Positions 29,541-39,579 of a DNA stretch of 64,000 nt are shown here, piece by piece. This DNA is from a virus. Made by a program: the position numbers and the translations under genes. Position 1 is the stretch's first letter. Each line of letters starts with the position of its first letter. The stretch covers positions 16,077-80,076 of the IMG/VR virus record IMGVR_UViG_3300034095_002552, one strand, 5' to 3'. The notes beneath the pieces are model-generated. The model was not told the DNA's origin and did no database searches. It saw nothing but the letters and a program-made list of their open reading frames with translations.

Positions 29541-29874
29541 AATTTCCAATACAATTAGTAATTGATTTACCAAACATATCTTTTTGTTTATCAATATAAT
29601 CTTGTGCATAATTTCTAGCTTCTAATTCACTAATAAGTTCAGATTCATTATATAATGAATTTAATGAATCTTGATAAATTGGAATATATTTATTATTCTT
29701 GTTATTTAATATGACTTTTTTAACAGCTATCTTTTCTAATATTCCTTTTATTGCCTTTGGCTTTATGTAAACAACGGATCTTTCTCCCCATTTATAGAAA
29801 ATATAAATATTTTTTTCCATTCTTGAACAGCCACTAATATTTACTGTTCCACTACAATCGTAATAAAAAATCAT
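29533..29874 (-). CDS. hypothetical protein
   Basis: 113-aa ORF. Confidence 0.55.
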   Translation of the reverse strand: MIFYYDCSGTVNISGCSRMEKNIYIFYKWGERSVVYIKPKAIKGILEKIAVKKVILNNKNNKYIPIYQDSLNSLYNESELISELEARNYAQDYIDKQKDMFGKSITNCIGNSI

Positions 29875-29875
29875 T

Positions 29876-30265
29876 TTAAACCTTTATAATTTTTTTGCCT
29901 TGATATGTTGGTAAGTTTTCAATTGGTCTATCTAAGCATTTTTGCAAAGAACATAAACAATCTGCACAATCATTTTTAATTTCTTTTCTATTTACAAAAA
30001 TTTTGCTATTTTTAAAACTGCTGTTTATTTTTCCAGTTTTTGCAAAATAAGTAATCTCATCGTTAGAAGATACATGAACCCCAGTTATTGTCCAAGGATA
30101 TCCATTTAAGTCGTATCCAGTTGATCCTATATTAAATTTAACCAATTTGCTAAATTTATATTCAGTAAATGATTCGATTGAATCGCCATAAATAATTACA
30201 CCACCAGAACCTTGAATAATATATTTTTTACTCAAGTTCTGCATAATCCATTGAATCAACGGCAT
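29876..30265 (-). CDS. hypothetical protein
   Basis: 129-aa ORF with GAGGTG RBS. Confidence 0.6.
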   Translation of the reverse strand: MPLIQWIMQNLSKKYIIQGSGGVIIYGDSIESFTEYKFSKLVKFNIGSTGYDLNGYPWTITGVHVSSNDEITYFAKTGKINSSFKNSKIFVNRKEIKNDCADCLCSLQKCLDRPIENLPTYQGKKIIKV

Positions 30266-30363
30266 AATTTCACCTCAAAAATATATAATCTTTTCAAAAA
30301 AATAATTATTAGATAGTTGGAAACAAATTGACCAAAAATACTATAAAAATAAATATATAACAT

Positions 30364-30729
30364 ATGAATTTCAAAGAATGGTTAAAAAAAGAAATGGCAT
30401 CCTTTATGGTTCCTGATAGTTTACACCTAACAGTTCCAATTGGAGATAATTTAGAAAAAGTTATTGGCGTTGATATGTTTTTTGAAAAAAATCCAAAAAC
30501 AATCGATAAGTTTAGCAATACTGTAATGAATCAAGGTTCAAAGTTTATTGCAAAAGTTCCTCACGGAAATAAGTATTTTGTCTACAACGGACTTGATGGA
30601 ATATCAGATAGTTTAATATCAAAAGAAGAAGCAGAAGAATTGGAAGAAGGAGAATATAACCTTCTTGATGATAATTGGTGGAAAAAAGCCATGGTAATTG
30701 GGTCTGATATGCAACCATTAGATGTCTAA
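30364..30729 (+). CDS. hypothetical protein, possible capsid-internal protein
   Basis: N-terminus MNFKEWLKKE. Confidence 0.65.
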   Translation: MNFKEWLKKEMASFMVPDSLHLTVPIGDNLEKVIGVDMFFEKNPKTIDKFSNTVMNQGSKFIAKVPHGNKYFVYNGLDGISDSLISKEEAEELEEGEYNLLDDNWWKKAMVIGSDMQPLDV

Positions 30730-30777
30730 ATTCATAATCATAGCATATATATAAAAGAATCAATCAAGGAGAACAAC

Positions 30778-31362
30778 ATGGCAGACTCTATGTATCATCA
30801 AAGAATAGGACTTACCTTTAAAAACAGGTATCCAGAGATATTTGATTATTGTTCCAAAATGAAGAACGGTAATGTAAAAATAATGTCTTTTGGCTGCTCT
30901 ATCGGAACCGAATGCTCGGATCTCAGAAGTTATTTCCCAGATGCCACCATAGTTGGTGTTGACATCAACGAAAAACTATTGGAAATAGCAAAAAAAAGAA
31001 ACCCAAACGAAAAAACAATCTATGACACGAGTACTGAAGCCCATAGCGGTTTCGACTTCATATTCTGCATGACTGTCCTTTGCAGCTACCCAAAAACAAG
31101 AAACCTGAAAAACTGCGGAGAAGTATATCCTTTCTCGAAATTCGAGGAAACAGTTCTTTCTCTGGTTGGTAAGTTGAATGACGAAGGAAGTATCGTTATA
31201 TGCAATTCGAACTTTAGATTCGCAGATGTCAGTTGTGCCTCTTCATTCGAGGCGATATCTATTGAAAACAAGAAACCAATCATAAATGTTCCTAAATTCG
31301 ACAATCAAAACAACATATGTGAAGAAGACTATCCGTTCTGTATTTTCAAAAAAACTAAGTAG
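30778..31362 (+). CDS. class I SAM-dependent methyltransferase (CheR-like motif I)
   Basis: KIMSFGCSIGTE, IVGVDIN, FDFIFCMTVL. Confidence 0.8.
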   Translation: MADSMYHQRIGLTFKNRYPEIFDYCSKMKNGNVKIMSFGCSIGTECSDLRSYFPDATIVGVDINEKLLEIAKKRNPNEKTIYDTSTEAHSGFDFIFCMTVLCSYPKTRNLKNCGEVYPFSKFEETVLSLVGKLNDEGSIVICNSNFRFADVSCASSFEAISIENKKPIINVPKFDNQNNICEEDYPFCIFKKTK

Positions 31363-31370
31363 GAGTTAAA

Positions 31371-32861
31371 ATGGCAGATAATCAACTTTGGGCATGGGGA
31401 GAGGGAAGTGCAGGACAATTAGGAGATGGAACGGAAGTAAACAAATCGTCTCCTGTTCAAGTCTCTGGTTCCAACTCCAACTGGAGAAGCGTTTTTAGTG
31501 GTCTTTTTCATACTGTTGGCATCAAAAAAGACAACACCCTATGGACTTGGGGTGTCAATTATGCAGGACAATTAGGAAATGGAACCATCGACAATAGCTC
31601 GTTACCGATACAAATTGGAGAATCTAATTGGAGCCAGTCTTCATGTGGTGGTTTCCATACAATAGCAATAAAGACTGATGGAACGCTATGGTCTTGGGGC
31701 GAAGGTTCGTTTGGCGAACTCGGAGACGAAACAACAACAGGTAGATCTTCACCAGTACAAGTCGGCAACCAAACGACTTGGAAGCAAGTTTCGAGTGGTG
31801 TTTTTACCGTTTCAGCAATAAAGACCGATGGAACGCTTTGGTCTTGGGGCGAAGGTCTTTCTGGACAAGTAGGGAACGGAGAAACAGGAGTATGGAGTTC
31901 GCCAGTACAAGTCGGCAACCAAACGACTTGGAAGCAGGTTGCTAATGGCTATAATCACACCGCAGCAATAAAGACCGATGGCTCGTTATGGGCTTGGGGA
32001 GAGAATTACTTGGGTCGATTGGGAGATGGAACGACAGATGATAGATCATCTCCAGTACAGATTGGGAACGAAACAAACTGGAAGCAAGTAGATTGCGGAG
32101 GCACACATACGGCTGCGATAAAAACGAACGGAACACTTTGGGCTTGGGGCGAAGGTTCAGATGGACAATTAGGAAATGGACAGACAAATTCTTTTTCTTC
32201 CCCGATACAGGTAGGAAACGGAAGCAATTGGTCGAAGGTTTCCTGCGGATCAGACTTTACCTGTGCTGTTAAGACCGACAAGACCATGTGGACTTGGGGA
32301 GAGAATTATAATGGTAAATTGGGAGATGGAACGACAGAAGACAAATCATCACCAGTCCAGATAAGTGGCGAAAAATATTGGGGAGATGTGGATTGTGGCT
32401 CTTACCACGCCATGGCTATAACTAGTAATCCTCCAGCAAGGTTCAATTTTGTACATCCGACTTATAAATTCGAAGTGGTTACATATACACCAGAAAGCCT
32501 AATAGCTCTGGCTCCTTATCCAGACTCATTAGAGCATCTGATTTTGAACCTACAGGCTCAGGAAGTAGTAATCAACAACAAAAGTTACAGGCATGGAGAT
32601 CAGTTCACGGAATTTGGTTCAAGAGCCATACGACTCAAACAATTGTATGTTGATTCCAGCAATCCCGTACTGAAAATAGTTTGTGACGCTGGTTACAGAT
32701 TTGAGAATAACAGATGCGTTCTTGATTGCCTTGAAAGCGAAACGGCATGCAGTGGCGTTTGTTCCGATCTGCTTACTGATAATGACAATTGCGGAGAGTG
32801 TGGTAATGTTTGTCCAGATGGATTTGCATGCACAAATGGAGTTTGTGCAACACCATCATAA
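31371..32861 (+). CDS. RCC1/BLIP-II beta-propeller protein with Cys-rich (Stig1-like) C-terminus
   Basis: About seven 50-aa IKTDGTLWxWG...GQLG...SSPVQ repeats; CSDLLTDNDNCGECGNVC. Confidence 0.9.
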   Translation: MADNQLWAWGEGSAGQLGDGTEVNKSSPVQVSGSNSNWRSVFSGLFHTVGIKKDNTLWTWGVNYAGQLGNGTIDNSSLPIQIGESNWSQSSCGGFHTIAIKTDGTLWSWGEGSFGELGDETTTGRSSPVQVGNQTTWKQVSSGVFTVSAIKTDGTLWSWGEGLSGQVGNGETGVWSSPVQVGNQTTWKQVANGYNHTAAIKTDGSLWAWGENYLGRLGDGTTDDRSSPVQIGNETNWKQVDCGGTHTAAIKTNGTLWAWGEGSDGQLGNGQTNSFSSPIQVGNGSNWSKVSCGSDFTCAVKTDKTMWTWGENYNGKLGDGTTEDKSSPVQISGEKYWGDVDCGSYHAMAITSNPPARFNFVHPTYKFEVVTYTPESLIALAPYPDSLEHLILNLQAQEVVINNKSYRHGDQFTEFGSRAIRLKQLYVDSSNPVLKIVCDAGYRFENNRCVLDCLESETACSGVCSDLLTDNDNCGECGNVCPDGFACTNGVCATPS

Positions 32862-32865
32862 CATT

Positions 32866-33534
32866 ATGACATTACCATTTCAAAAAAATGATTTAAAAAG
32901 AAACTATCAATGTTTCGTATGCGGAAAAAGATTTGATATTTATGATGAATATTCAAATCACATAATTACATCTCATGAAGAGGGCAGAGAATTTGTAGTC
33001 TGCCCTCTCAGTCGTTGTAAAGCTCCTGTAAGGGATATCAGAACTCACTTTGCATCAAAACACAAAGATGAAAAAATTCCAAAAAATGGCCAAATGAAAG
33101 CTACTATTTGGAAAGACATTAACAATAAAACTGGTAAAGTTACGCAAAGAAAACCAAAATTTAGAGAGGGATATTTTATATCGGGAAAAAATCAAAAAGA
33201 AATGCATTATCGTAGTGGGTATGAATGTGAAGTGTATGAATGTCTTGAATCTATTTTAGAAGTTATAAAATATGATGTCGAACCATTCAAAGTTGATTAT
33301 ATTTTTGAAGGAGATAGACATGAATACAATCCAGATCTAAGTATTTTTTTTAGTGACGGAAGAGTTGAAATTTGGGAAATAAAACCAGCAAACCAAACAC
33401 AACTTCCAAAAAATCATGCCAAATGGGCAGCTTGCCAATCATATTGTGAAGCCAGAGGATGGTCATTTATGGTAATGACTGAAGTAGGGATAGGAAAATT
33501 AAAAAAAGCTGCGAGAGATTCTAATCGCCTTTAA
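32866..33534 (+). CDS. C2H2 zinc fingers + TnsA-like/T4 gp4 head-completion endonuclease
   Basis: Start re-called at ATG 32866; CFVC...H...H, CPLSRC...HF..KH; YRSGYE, YNPDL, WEIKP. Confidence 0.75.
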   Translation: MTLPFQKNDLKRNYQCFVCGKRFDIYDEYSNHIITSHEEGREFVVCPLSRCKAPVRDIRTHFASKHKDEKIPKNGQMKATIWKDINNKTGKVTQRKPKFREGYFISGKNQKEMHYRSGYECEVYECLESILEVIKYDVEPFKVDYIFEGDRHEYNPDLSIFFSDGRVEIWEIKPANQTQLPKNHAKWAACQSYCEARGWSFMVMTEVGIGKLKKAARDSNRL

Positions 33535-33889
33535 TTATTCTTATACTATCACTATCTTCATGATGCGTAGAAAATTCTATAATTTTAGCTCCATTTTTTC
33601 CAGCAATCATTTGATGTCTCAAGCCAGTAGGAACATGAAAAGACATTCCTTCTTTTAAAATAATTGACTTTAATTCTTCTCCGCCCCATCCATATAACAT
33701 TTCTATATCATTTTCCAAAATAAATAAAACCTCATCCTTTATAGCGTGATAATGGACAGAGCATTTCTTTTTTGGATTAAAAAAAAGAATTTTACCACAA
33801 TATTTTTCATTATTACATATCCATTGTTCATGCCCCCAACCCTTTGCCACAATAATATTTGGATGTAATGTGTAATTAGTTACTGACAT
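33521..33889 (-). CDS. cupin-fold protein (sugar isomerase-like)
   Basis: KGWGHEQW, SVHYHAIKDE, HVPTGLRH, EFSTHH. Confidence 0.8.
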   Translation of the reverse strand: MSVTNYTLHPNIIVAKGWGHEQWICNNEKYCGKILFFNPKKKCSVHYHAIKDEVLFILENDIEMLYGWGGEELKSIILKEGMSFHVPTGLRHQMIAGKNGAKIIEFSTHHEDSDSIRIIKGD

Positions 33890-34509
33890 TTGTATGTTGT
33901 CTCAATAAAAGGAATCAATTGATCTCTAATTTTATAATGAAGATCGACTATTTCTTTATCATTTATAAGAAAATAATCATAATATTTAATTTCTTCTGGT
34001 GCATTTGGGGCATTGCTGTTTATTGGGCCTTCTTTTTGTGTGGCCACACACCATTCAAGCAAAGGCCTTAATTGTGCTTCAGATGGATTTAGATCATTGT
34101 TTAAAAAGTTTGGGCGATACAAAAGAACATTAATTCCTTCTCTCTTCCTAATATTCTTAGCTTCATTGTAATACCTACAATCAGAAATTATCAACTGTTT
34201 AGATGAGTCTCTGAGTGCAATGTCGATCCAAATATCTTCTACTATTTGCCTAAATCCATCACCTACGAATTGTAATCCTTTTCTTATATTCATCAGCATA
34301 TTTGGTGGAGGAGCATCAATTCTTTTCCATTTCTCTAAAAAAGCTCGGTCAACATTAAACGCATTGCAAAAAGTATTTTTTACAGCGTCTGCAAAACCGC
34401 ATCTTTCCCATTGCCCAAGCGTATCCACCCTATTTAGCTCCATTGCCAAATAATCAGCAGCAGTATCCTTGCCCATGGCCAATTGTGAAGCAAATCCTAC
34501 AATTCTCAT
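33880..34509 (-). CDS. deoxynucleoside monophosphate kinase (T4 gp1-like)
   Basis: GKDTAA, FADAVK, RKGLQFVG, ISDCRYYNE. Confidence 0.85.
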   Translation of the reverse strand: MRIVGFASQLAMGKDTAADYLAMELNRVDTLGQWERCGFADAVKNTFCNAFNVDRAFLEKWKRIDAPPPNMLMNIRKGLQFVGDGFRQIVEDIWIDIALRDSSKQLIISDCRYYNEAKNIRKREGINVLLYRPNFLNNDLNPSEAQLRPLLEWCVATQKEGPINSNAPNAPEEIKYYDYFLINDKEIVDLHYKIRDQLIPFIETTYKCQ

Positions 34510-34620
34510 AATTGCTTACCTTTAAGGAAATTATTTATAAATCTATTTGTAACACAAATTGATCTTCCAATCAATCTGTTTTTCCATGATAATTAAACTT
34601 ATAATTTTATAAGAAATACC

Positions 34621-34881
34621 ATGAAGAAAAAAATAGAACCAATTTGTAAAAACTGTCTCCTTTATAATTCTGAAAAAAAGGAATGTAAAGTTGCAATATT
34701 AGCCTCTGGAAAAGAGTATCATATGCCAGTAGAGCTAAATGATCGTTGTCACATGGATGAACTTGGAATTGAAGTGCAACAAGTAAGATGGTGGACAGAA
34801 GACAAAGATGGGAAACCAGTAAATGGCAATGGTGTTGTAAAAATAGAATATCCAGAAAATTTTTTTGGCAAGAAGGATTAG
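34621..34881 (+). CDS. hypothetical Cys-containing protein
   Basis: CKNC...C...CH. Confidence 0.6.
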   Translation: MKKKIEPICKNCLLYNSEKKECKVAILASGKEYHMPVELNDRCHMDELGIEVQQVRWWTEDKDGKPVNGNGVVKIEYPENFFGKKD

Positions 34882-34886
34882 TCTAG

Positions 34887-35591
34887 ATGGCAAATCCATG
34901 CTGTGGATATTTTGTAAATGGTGTGCCAGGCGATGGGTGCGGATGCCCTTGTTCTAAAATATGTCCGCCTCCAAATTGTCCATCAATAAAATTTTCATTT
35001 GAAATAGGAACAAGTTATTCAGTTCCGGTTCCAGCAGGTTGCAAATGTGAGCCGCCACCATCAGCATTCAAAATTGATGATGCCAATTGGGAGACTGTGA
35101 AGCACGAAAACAATCTTGTTCCATTCCCTTCATTTGATTTCAAATTTAATACCAAAGAAGAAAAAGATAATAATGATGATGAAGAATATGTTTTTTCATT
35201 AGCAGAAAACTGCTCAATACCTTGTAGTAAAATTGATGTCATAATTACAACTACCGCTTGTGGTTTTGAACTCCTCGGTTCGTTTGCAGTTAGGGCGGTT
35301 GGAGGTGGTATAGTTTCAGCGACTTATAGCGGTGGTGGCGATTGTTCTTTTGTAGTTAAAGTAAATGGCGGTGGATCAAGTGCATTTGTGGAAGATGGTG
35401 GTGGAATATCAGTAGAATTAGTTTCAACCAACCCATGTTGCTCTATTTGCCTTATAGATGTCTCATGTCCATCAATACCAGCTTCTATGCGAAGTCTTCT
35501 CTATAGAGCAAATCACATTTTAAAGGGAACAAAAACATATTTAAATAAATTTAAACTTAAAGAAAAGATTCGAAGATTAAAGAGAAGATAA
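34887..35591 (+). CDS. Cys/Gly-rich hypothetical protein
   Basis: MANPCCG...CGCPCSKICPPPNCP, many cysteines, basic C-terminal tail. Confidence 0.65.
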   Translation: MANPCCGYFVNGVPGDGCGCPCSKICPPPNCPSIKFSFEIGTSYSVPVPAGCKCEPPPSAFKIDDANWETVKHENNLVPFPSFDFKFNTKEEKDNNDDEEYVFSLAENCSIPCSKIDVIITTTACGFELLGSFAVRAVGGGIVSATYSGGGDCSFVVKVNGGGSSAFVEDGGGISVELVSTNPCCSICLIDVSCPSIPASMRSLLYRANHILKGTKTYLNKFKLKEKIRRLKRR

Positions 35592-37601
35592 TTTCATTGC
35601 CTGTTTTTTTATTTCCGTAATATACTCTTCCTTCATATTCAAAATTCCCTTAAGCTTTTTGTCATCCATTTCCGCAATAGACTCAATATTTTTAAATCCC
35701 ATGTCAAAAAGTTTCTTAGCTCTCACCTTTCCAATATTTGGAAGCTGACATAATTCAACTAGGTACGCTGGCACCCCATAAGCTATTCTTTTTTGCAAAT
35801 CTTTAAAAAACGACTCTTGTTTCCACTTTCCACTCATTGAGTCTATTACCGACAATATTTGCCCAATCCTTTCGAAATTTAACTGTAGCCCTCTTTGGTA
35901 TCCAGCCAATGCTGTAGAATTGTACCCATTCAATAGATTGTGGTAACAATAAACAGATTTTTTAACACCCTCTGTCAAATACTTGTAATCATCCTTAAGT
36001 TCTCTTTGTAATTTCTGATCAAACATTTGCATTTCTTTTTTTTCAGAAGAATTAACAATGTTGATTCTATTTGAGTCGATCTTAGATAACGCACAAGCCA
36101 AATGAATGTCATTTTCTTGGTTTTTTTTCAGAAAAAGAAAATAAAAGTTTTTTCTTAAATCCGCAACATCAAATGGAGAAAAATAAAATATACTGGATAT
36201 TTTTCCAATGCTTGAGGCAACAAATTTACCATCTTCTTCATATATTATTTCTTTTTTTATAAGTTCTTCTAACAATTCATTTAAATATGTTGAATTTAAA
36301 TTTCTATTTTGAAAATAAGCCAAAGATCTTTCATACCAAATTTTAATTTCTTCGATATTTCCAATATATTCATGATGAATCTCGCTAACCAAGTGAAAGG
36401 CTAGATTTCTTGGATTTTCAATAAGCTTTGAAGTTATTTTTTGAGGAATCCCCAACCTATCTCTATATTTTTTGGCTTCTGAATTTGGCAACAACACATA
36501 GGCATCCCCTCTTGGATCAATTCCCAACCTTCCAGATCTACCAACCATTTGTGTGACATTATATGTTTCCACTTCGTCTTTTCCACGATGCACACCAAGA
36601 ATAATCACCCTTCTTGCTGGGAGATTACAGCCCCAAGCCAATGTTGGAGTTGCAACTATTACTCTTAAATCGTTTCCATTTTTAAATCTTTTTTCGAGAT
36701 CAATTCTACTTTCTTTATTCAGATCGGCATTGTGAAATTCAACACTAATTTTATTCGACTTTAAAACATTTTTCATTTGCTCACCTGTTCTTTTTGTGTG
36801 AGCAAATATAAGAAATTTATCTTCTGGATAATCATTCACAATATCCATGGCTTTTTCTATTTTGTTGTTTTCCACAGAATCGTATGTGTACGCCTCATCA
36901 TCATAATTTTCATAGTGTAGCCCCAAAGGAACAGGCCTATACTCTGAATTTAAAACATAAGTTTCTTTTTTGTTGAGTGAATATGATAGCCATTCTGCTA
37001 TCTGATTAACATTTGGCATAGTGGCAGATAAAAGAATAATTCTACAATTTGGATTTATTTCCGTAAATTTCATCAATCCAACTTCAAGATGCTCTCCCCT
37101 GCCTGGAACAGTCAAAAGATGACATTCGTCAATTACTAAAGTTCCGATATCTTTTAGATAATCACTTTTCTCAGAATTTATATTTCTTGCCCTATGATTG
37201 AGCATTTCTGAAGTCATTATTATCAAATTAGATTCATTTAATTCTTTCTGTCTAGCTGGTGTAATTCGGTAATCGCCTGTGCAAATAGATATGTTTATGT
37301 CGTGAAAATGGTAATTTGGGTCTGTCCATTGATCTATTTTTTCTTGTGCTAATGCTCTAAGAGGAGCAAGAAACATTCCTTTGCCACCTCGTTTTCTAAT
37401 TTCGTGAGCAAGAAACATTTCTGCGACAACGGTTTTTCCCGCACTTGTTTTGGCAGCAATTAAAACATTTATATCTTTATCGTAAATTTCAAATATCCTA
37501 CTTTGAACTGGGTTGAAATTCTCAAATTCCCAAGATGCCAATGAATATTTATTTGTATTTACCAAATCATTTTGATCTAATATTTCGATAATTGGTGGCA
37601 T
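35577..37601 (-). CDS. Ski2/Hel308-like SF2 helicase with C-terminal HhH
   Basis: AKTSAGKT, APLRALAQEK, DECH, LSATMPN, ATPTLAWGCNLPARRVII, QMVGRSGR, LPNIGKVRAKKL. Confidence 0.9.
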   Translation of the reverse strand: MPPIIEILDQNDLVNTNKYSLASWEFENFNPVQSRIFEIYDKDINVLIAAKTSAGKTVVAEMFLAHEIRKRGGKGMFLAPLRALAQEKIDQWTDPNYHFHDINISICTGDYRITPARQKELNESNLIIMTSEMLNHRARNINSEKSDYLKDIGTLVIDECHLLTVPGRGEHLEVGLMKFTEINPNCRIILLSATMPNVNQIAEWLSYSLNKKETYVLNSEYRPVPLGLHYENYDDEAYTYDSVENNKIEKAMDIVNDYPEDKFLIFAHTKRTGEQMKNVLKSNKISVEFHNADLNKESRIDLEKRFKNGNDLRVIVATPTLAWGCNLPARRVIILGVHRGKDEVETYNVTQMVGRSGRLGIDPRGDAYVLLPNSEAKKYRDRLGIPQKITSKLIENPRNLAFHLVSEIHHEYIGNIEEIKIWYERSLAYFQNRNLNSTYLNELLEELIKKEIIYEEDGKFVASSIGKISSIFYFSPFDVADLRKNFYFLFLKKNQENDIHLACALSKIDSNRINIVNSSEKKEMQMFDQKLQRELKDDYKYLTEGVKKSVYCYHNLLNGYNSTALAGYQRGLQLNFERIGQILSVIDSMSGKWKQESFFKDLQKRIAYGVPAYLVELCQLPNIGKVRAKKLFDMGFKNIESIAEMDDKKLKGILNMKEEYITEIKKQAMKLSSL

Positions 37602-38069
37602 TTATTCCTCTAGTCTTTTATTCCAAATGTGATTAATTTCAGTGCCTATAGACTTCATTTCATTTTCAGAAAAGAAATTGCTTTTTATCTTATTGCAAAT
37701 TAAGCAACAAAGAGCAATATTATCTAATGTATAGTCGCCATAATTGTCAATCCTGTCAATGCCTAATGACTCAACACCTAAGCCAATTTGAGATTTTATT
37801 TTGAACTTATGAATTTCTTTTTCTTTAAGTCCACAATAATGGCATTGTCTATCAGAGTTTCTCAACCATATTAAAAATTCTTCTTCTGAAATAAGAATTT
37901 CTGGGTTTCTTTTTCGTTTTCTTTTAAAATTAGAATTGTTTTTTAAATTTTTAAATTTTTGACAATCTTTGCAGACTAGCATTTTCCCAGAAGTGTACCG
38001 CAAATCAATATCTGTAGTATTACATTTTTTGCATGCCCATAAATCACCTTGACTCATTTTCCTCCACAA
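37602..38069 (-). CDS. HNH endonuclease
   Basis: CHYCG...GIDRIDN..DYTLDNIALCCLICNKIK; N-terminal CxxC pairs. Confidence 0.8.
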   Translation of the reverse strand: MWRKMSQGDLWACKKCNTTDIDLRYTSGKMLVCKDCQKFKNLKNNSNFKRKRKRNPEILISEEEFLIWLRNSDRQCHYCGLKEKEIHKFKIKSQIGLGVESLGIDRIDNYGDYTLDNIALCCLICNKIKSNFFSENEMKSIGTEINHIWNKRLEE

Positions 38070-38087
38070 AAAATTTAAAATAAATCA

Positions 38088-38131
38088 GTCACGACAATAG
38101 AGGCTATTTTTTCGTCCTCTATTATCGTGAC
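38088..38131 (-). terminator. 16-bp hairpin, probable minus-strand terminator
   Basis: GTCACGACAATAGAGG / CCTCTATTATCGTGAC; the single mismatch is a G-U pair on the minus strand. Confidence 0.6.
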
Positions 38132-38141
38132 AATAAAATTA

Positions 38142-38396
38142 CTATCTATTTATTTCAAATCTTTTTTTATACTCTTTATTTACATGCTCATGCATAAAAT
38201 CTAACATGTCATATAAATCTTTTGGAGAATTTGCTGTTCCTAGCCAACGATCCATTTCTTTATTATTACAAACATAATTAAGAACTTCTGAAAGATCGCC
38301 AGAATATCTAAAGTTAAGCCTACTATGCAAAACCTTTAAATTCTCATCAGAAAGCCTGTAAAAATACTCTTTTAAAAACTGTTCCTGCTTCTTCAT
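38142..38396 (-). CDS. hypothetical protein
   Basis: 84 aa with GAGG RBS. Confidence 0.6.
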   Translation of the reverse strand: MKKQEQFLKEYFYRLSDENLKVLHSRLNFRYSGDLSEVLNYVCNNKEMDRWLGTANSPKDLYDMLDFMHEHVNKEYKKRFEINR

Positions 38397-38754
38397 GGAT
38401 AAACCTCAAATGGAAATTAAAAATATATTTAACAAACAAAAATTTGAAGAACTACTTGTCACAAAATGGACACATTTTTTAGATGGTTCCAATTTAATAA
38501 AAGTAATAAATGATCTTGTGTTACAAAACAAACATAATTTTGAACTTATTCCAAACACAAGTTATAAAAAAAAAGGCACACAAATTATGATCTCAAGATT
38601 CCAAAATACAGAACATGGATTTATAATTTGGATCGACTTTTTAGTTCCTTTGCAAAACGAACAAGTTGCCATAGGAACAACCGAAATGTTCCTACTATCT
38701 AATGGTATTTTAAGTCATTCAAAAACTTTAGGCAATATATATAATTATAATTAA
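38395..38754 (+). CDS. hypothetical protein
   Basis: 119-aa ORF, probable start MEIK. Confidence 0.55.
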   Translation: MDKPQMEIKNIFNKQKFEELLVTKWTHFLDGSNLIKVINDLVLQNKHNFELIPNTSYKKKGTQIMISRFQNTEHGFIIWIDFLVPLQNEQVAIGTTEMFLLSNGILSHSKTLGNIYNYN

Positions 38755-39104
38755 ACTACATCTAATCGCCTAACTTGTTCGCCATCTTGATTTATAAAAC
38801 TATCATCTAAAATTAACGCATTTTTTTCATCTGCAAATCTAAGCCCAAGATTAAAAGAATCTAGACAAGCAGTTCTATCGTCACGAGATGCCATAACCCA
38901 ACAATAATTATCTTTTTTTATAAATTTTCCACTTTGGCTTTCTTGTGTTATCCCAATTTCTAAAGTGACATTATCTGGCAAAAAAATTTCTATTTGCCCA
39001 TGTTTCAATAAATGCTCTACAATTAAACACTGTATTTTGTTTTTACTCATAATAACCTCGCATAAAAATATTTTAAATAAAAAAAACTTTATTCGGAGGA
39101 ACAT
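38751..39104 (-). CDS. hypothetical protein
   Basis: Probable start MSKNK after GAGG. Confidence 0.6.
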   Translation of the reverse strand: MFLRIKFFLFKIFLCEVIMSKNKIQCLIVEHLLKHGQIEIFLPDNVTLEIGITQESQSGKFIKKDNYCWVMASRDDRTACLDSFNLGLRFADEKNALILDDSFINQDGEQVRRLDVV

Positions 39105-39543
39105 AGAAATATTTCATATCATCATAAAACCCATGCTTCCAATCACCTTGATCTTTATATGGATTAGAGATTACGCTTTCTTGTTTGTCTAAATACACAG
39201 TCCAACAGTAAATTTTTCGATTTTCTTTATAAGTCTCTACCAATGATAATTCTTTATTTCCAAGAAATCTTTTTGCAAATTTACAAATTACTGGCAATGG
39301 TAAATATGTACTATAATCACCATAAAGCTGTAATAAATCTAAATAGTATTTACCATAATCACACCTTTGATAATGTGCGATTAAAGAATAACCATCTACA
39401 ATAAAAATTCTTGTTTTAAAAATTAAAAGATCATCATTTTGTAAACTTAAAGTGCAAATCGGATAGTTGTATGGAACTAAAATTTTTGCTAAATTTTTTA
39501 GTTCTTTTATTGACTTATCGATATTTTTACTATGATCTGACAT
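39073..39543 (-). CDS. hypothetical protein
   Basis: 156-aa ORF. Confidence 0.6.
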   Translation of the reverse strand: MSDHSKNIDKSIKELKNLAKILVPYNYPICTLSLQNDDLLIFKTRIFIVDGYSLIAHYQRCDYGKYYLDLLQLYGDYSTYLPLPVICKFAKRFLGNKELSLVETYKENRKIYCWTVYLDKQESVISNPYKDQGDWKHGFYDDMKYFYVPPNKVFFI

Positions 39544-39579
39544 ATTATTCTACCTTTTCTATGTCTACTCTATGTATTG

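Noticed and set aside
31371-32861. Diversity-generating retroelement template/variable repeat pair
   Set aside because: The repeats are in-frame propeller blades, show no adenine-specific pattern, and no reverse transcriptase is in the window
32683-32865. N-terminal extension of the TnsA-like ORF (also the extended starts at 27484, 44460, 54877 and 57309)
   Set aside because: These overlap upstream genes or the structured leader; downstream ATGs fit the gene packing better
32866-33534. Tn7-like transposon suggested by the TnsA-like domain
   Set aside because: No TnsB, TnsC or transposon ends; the same fold is the T4 gp4 head-completion nuclease
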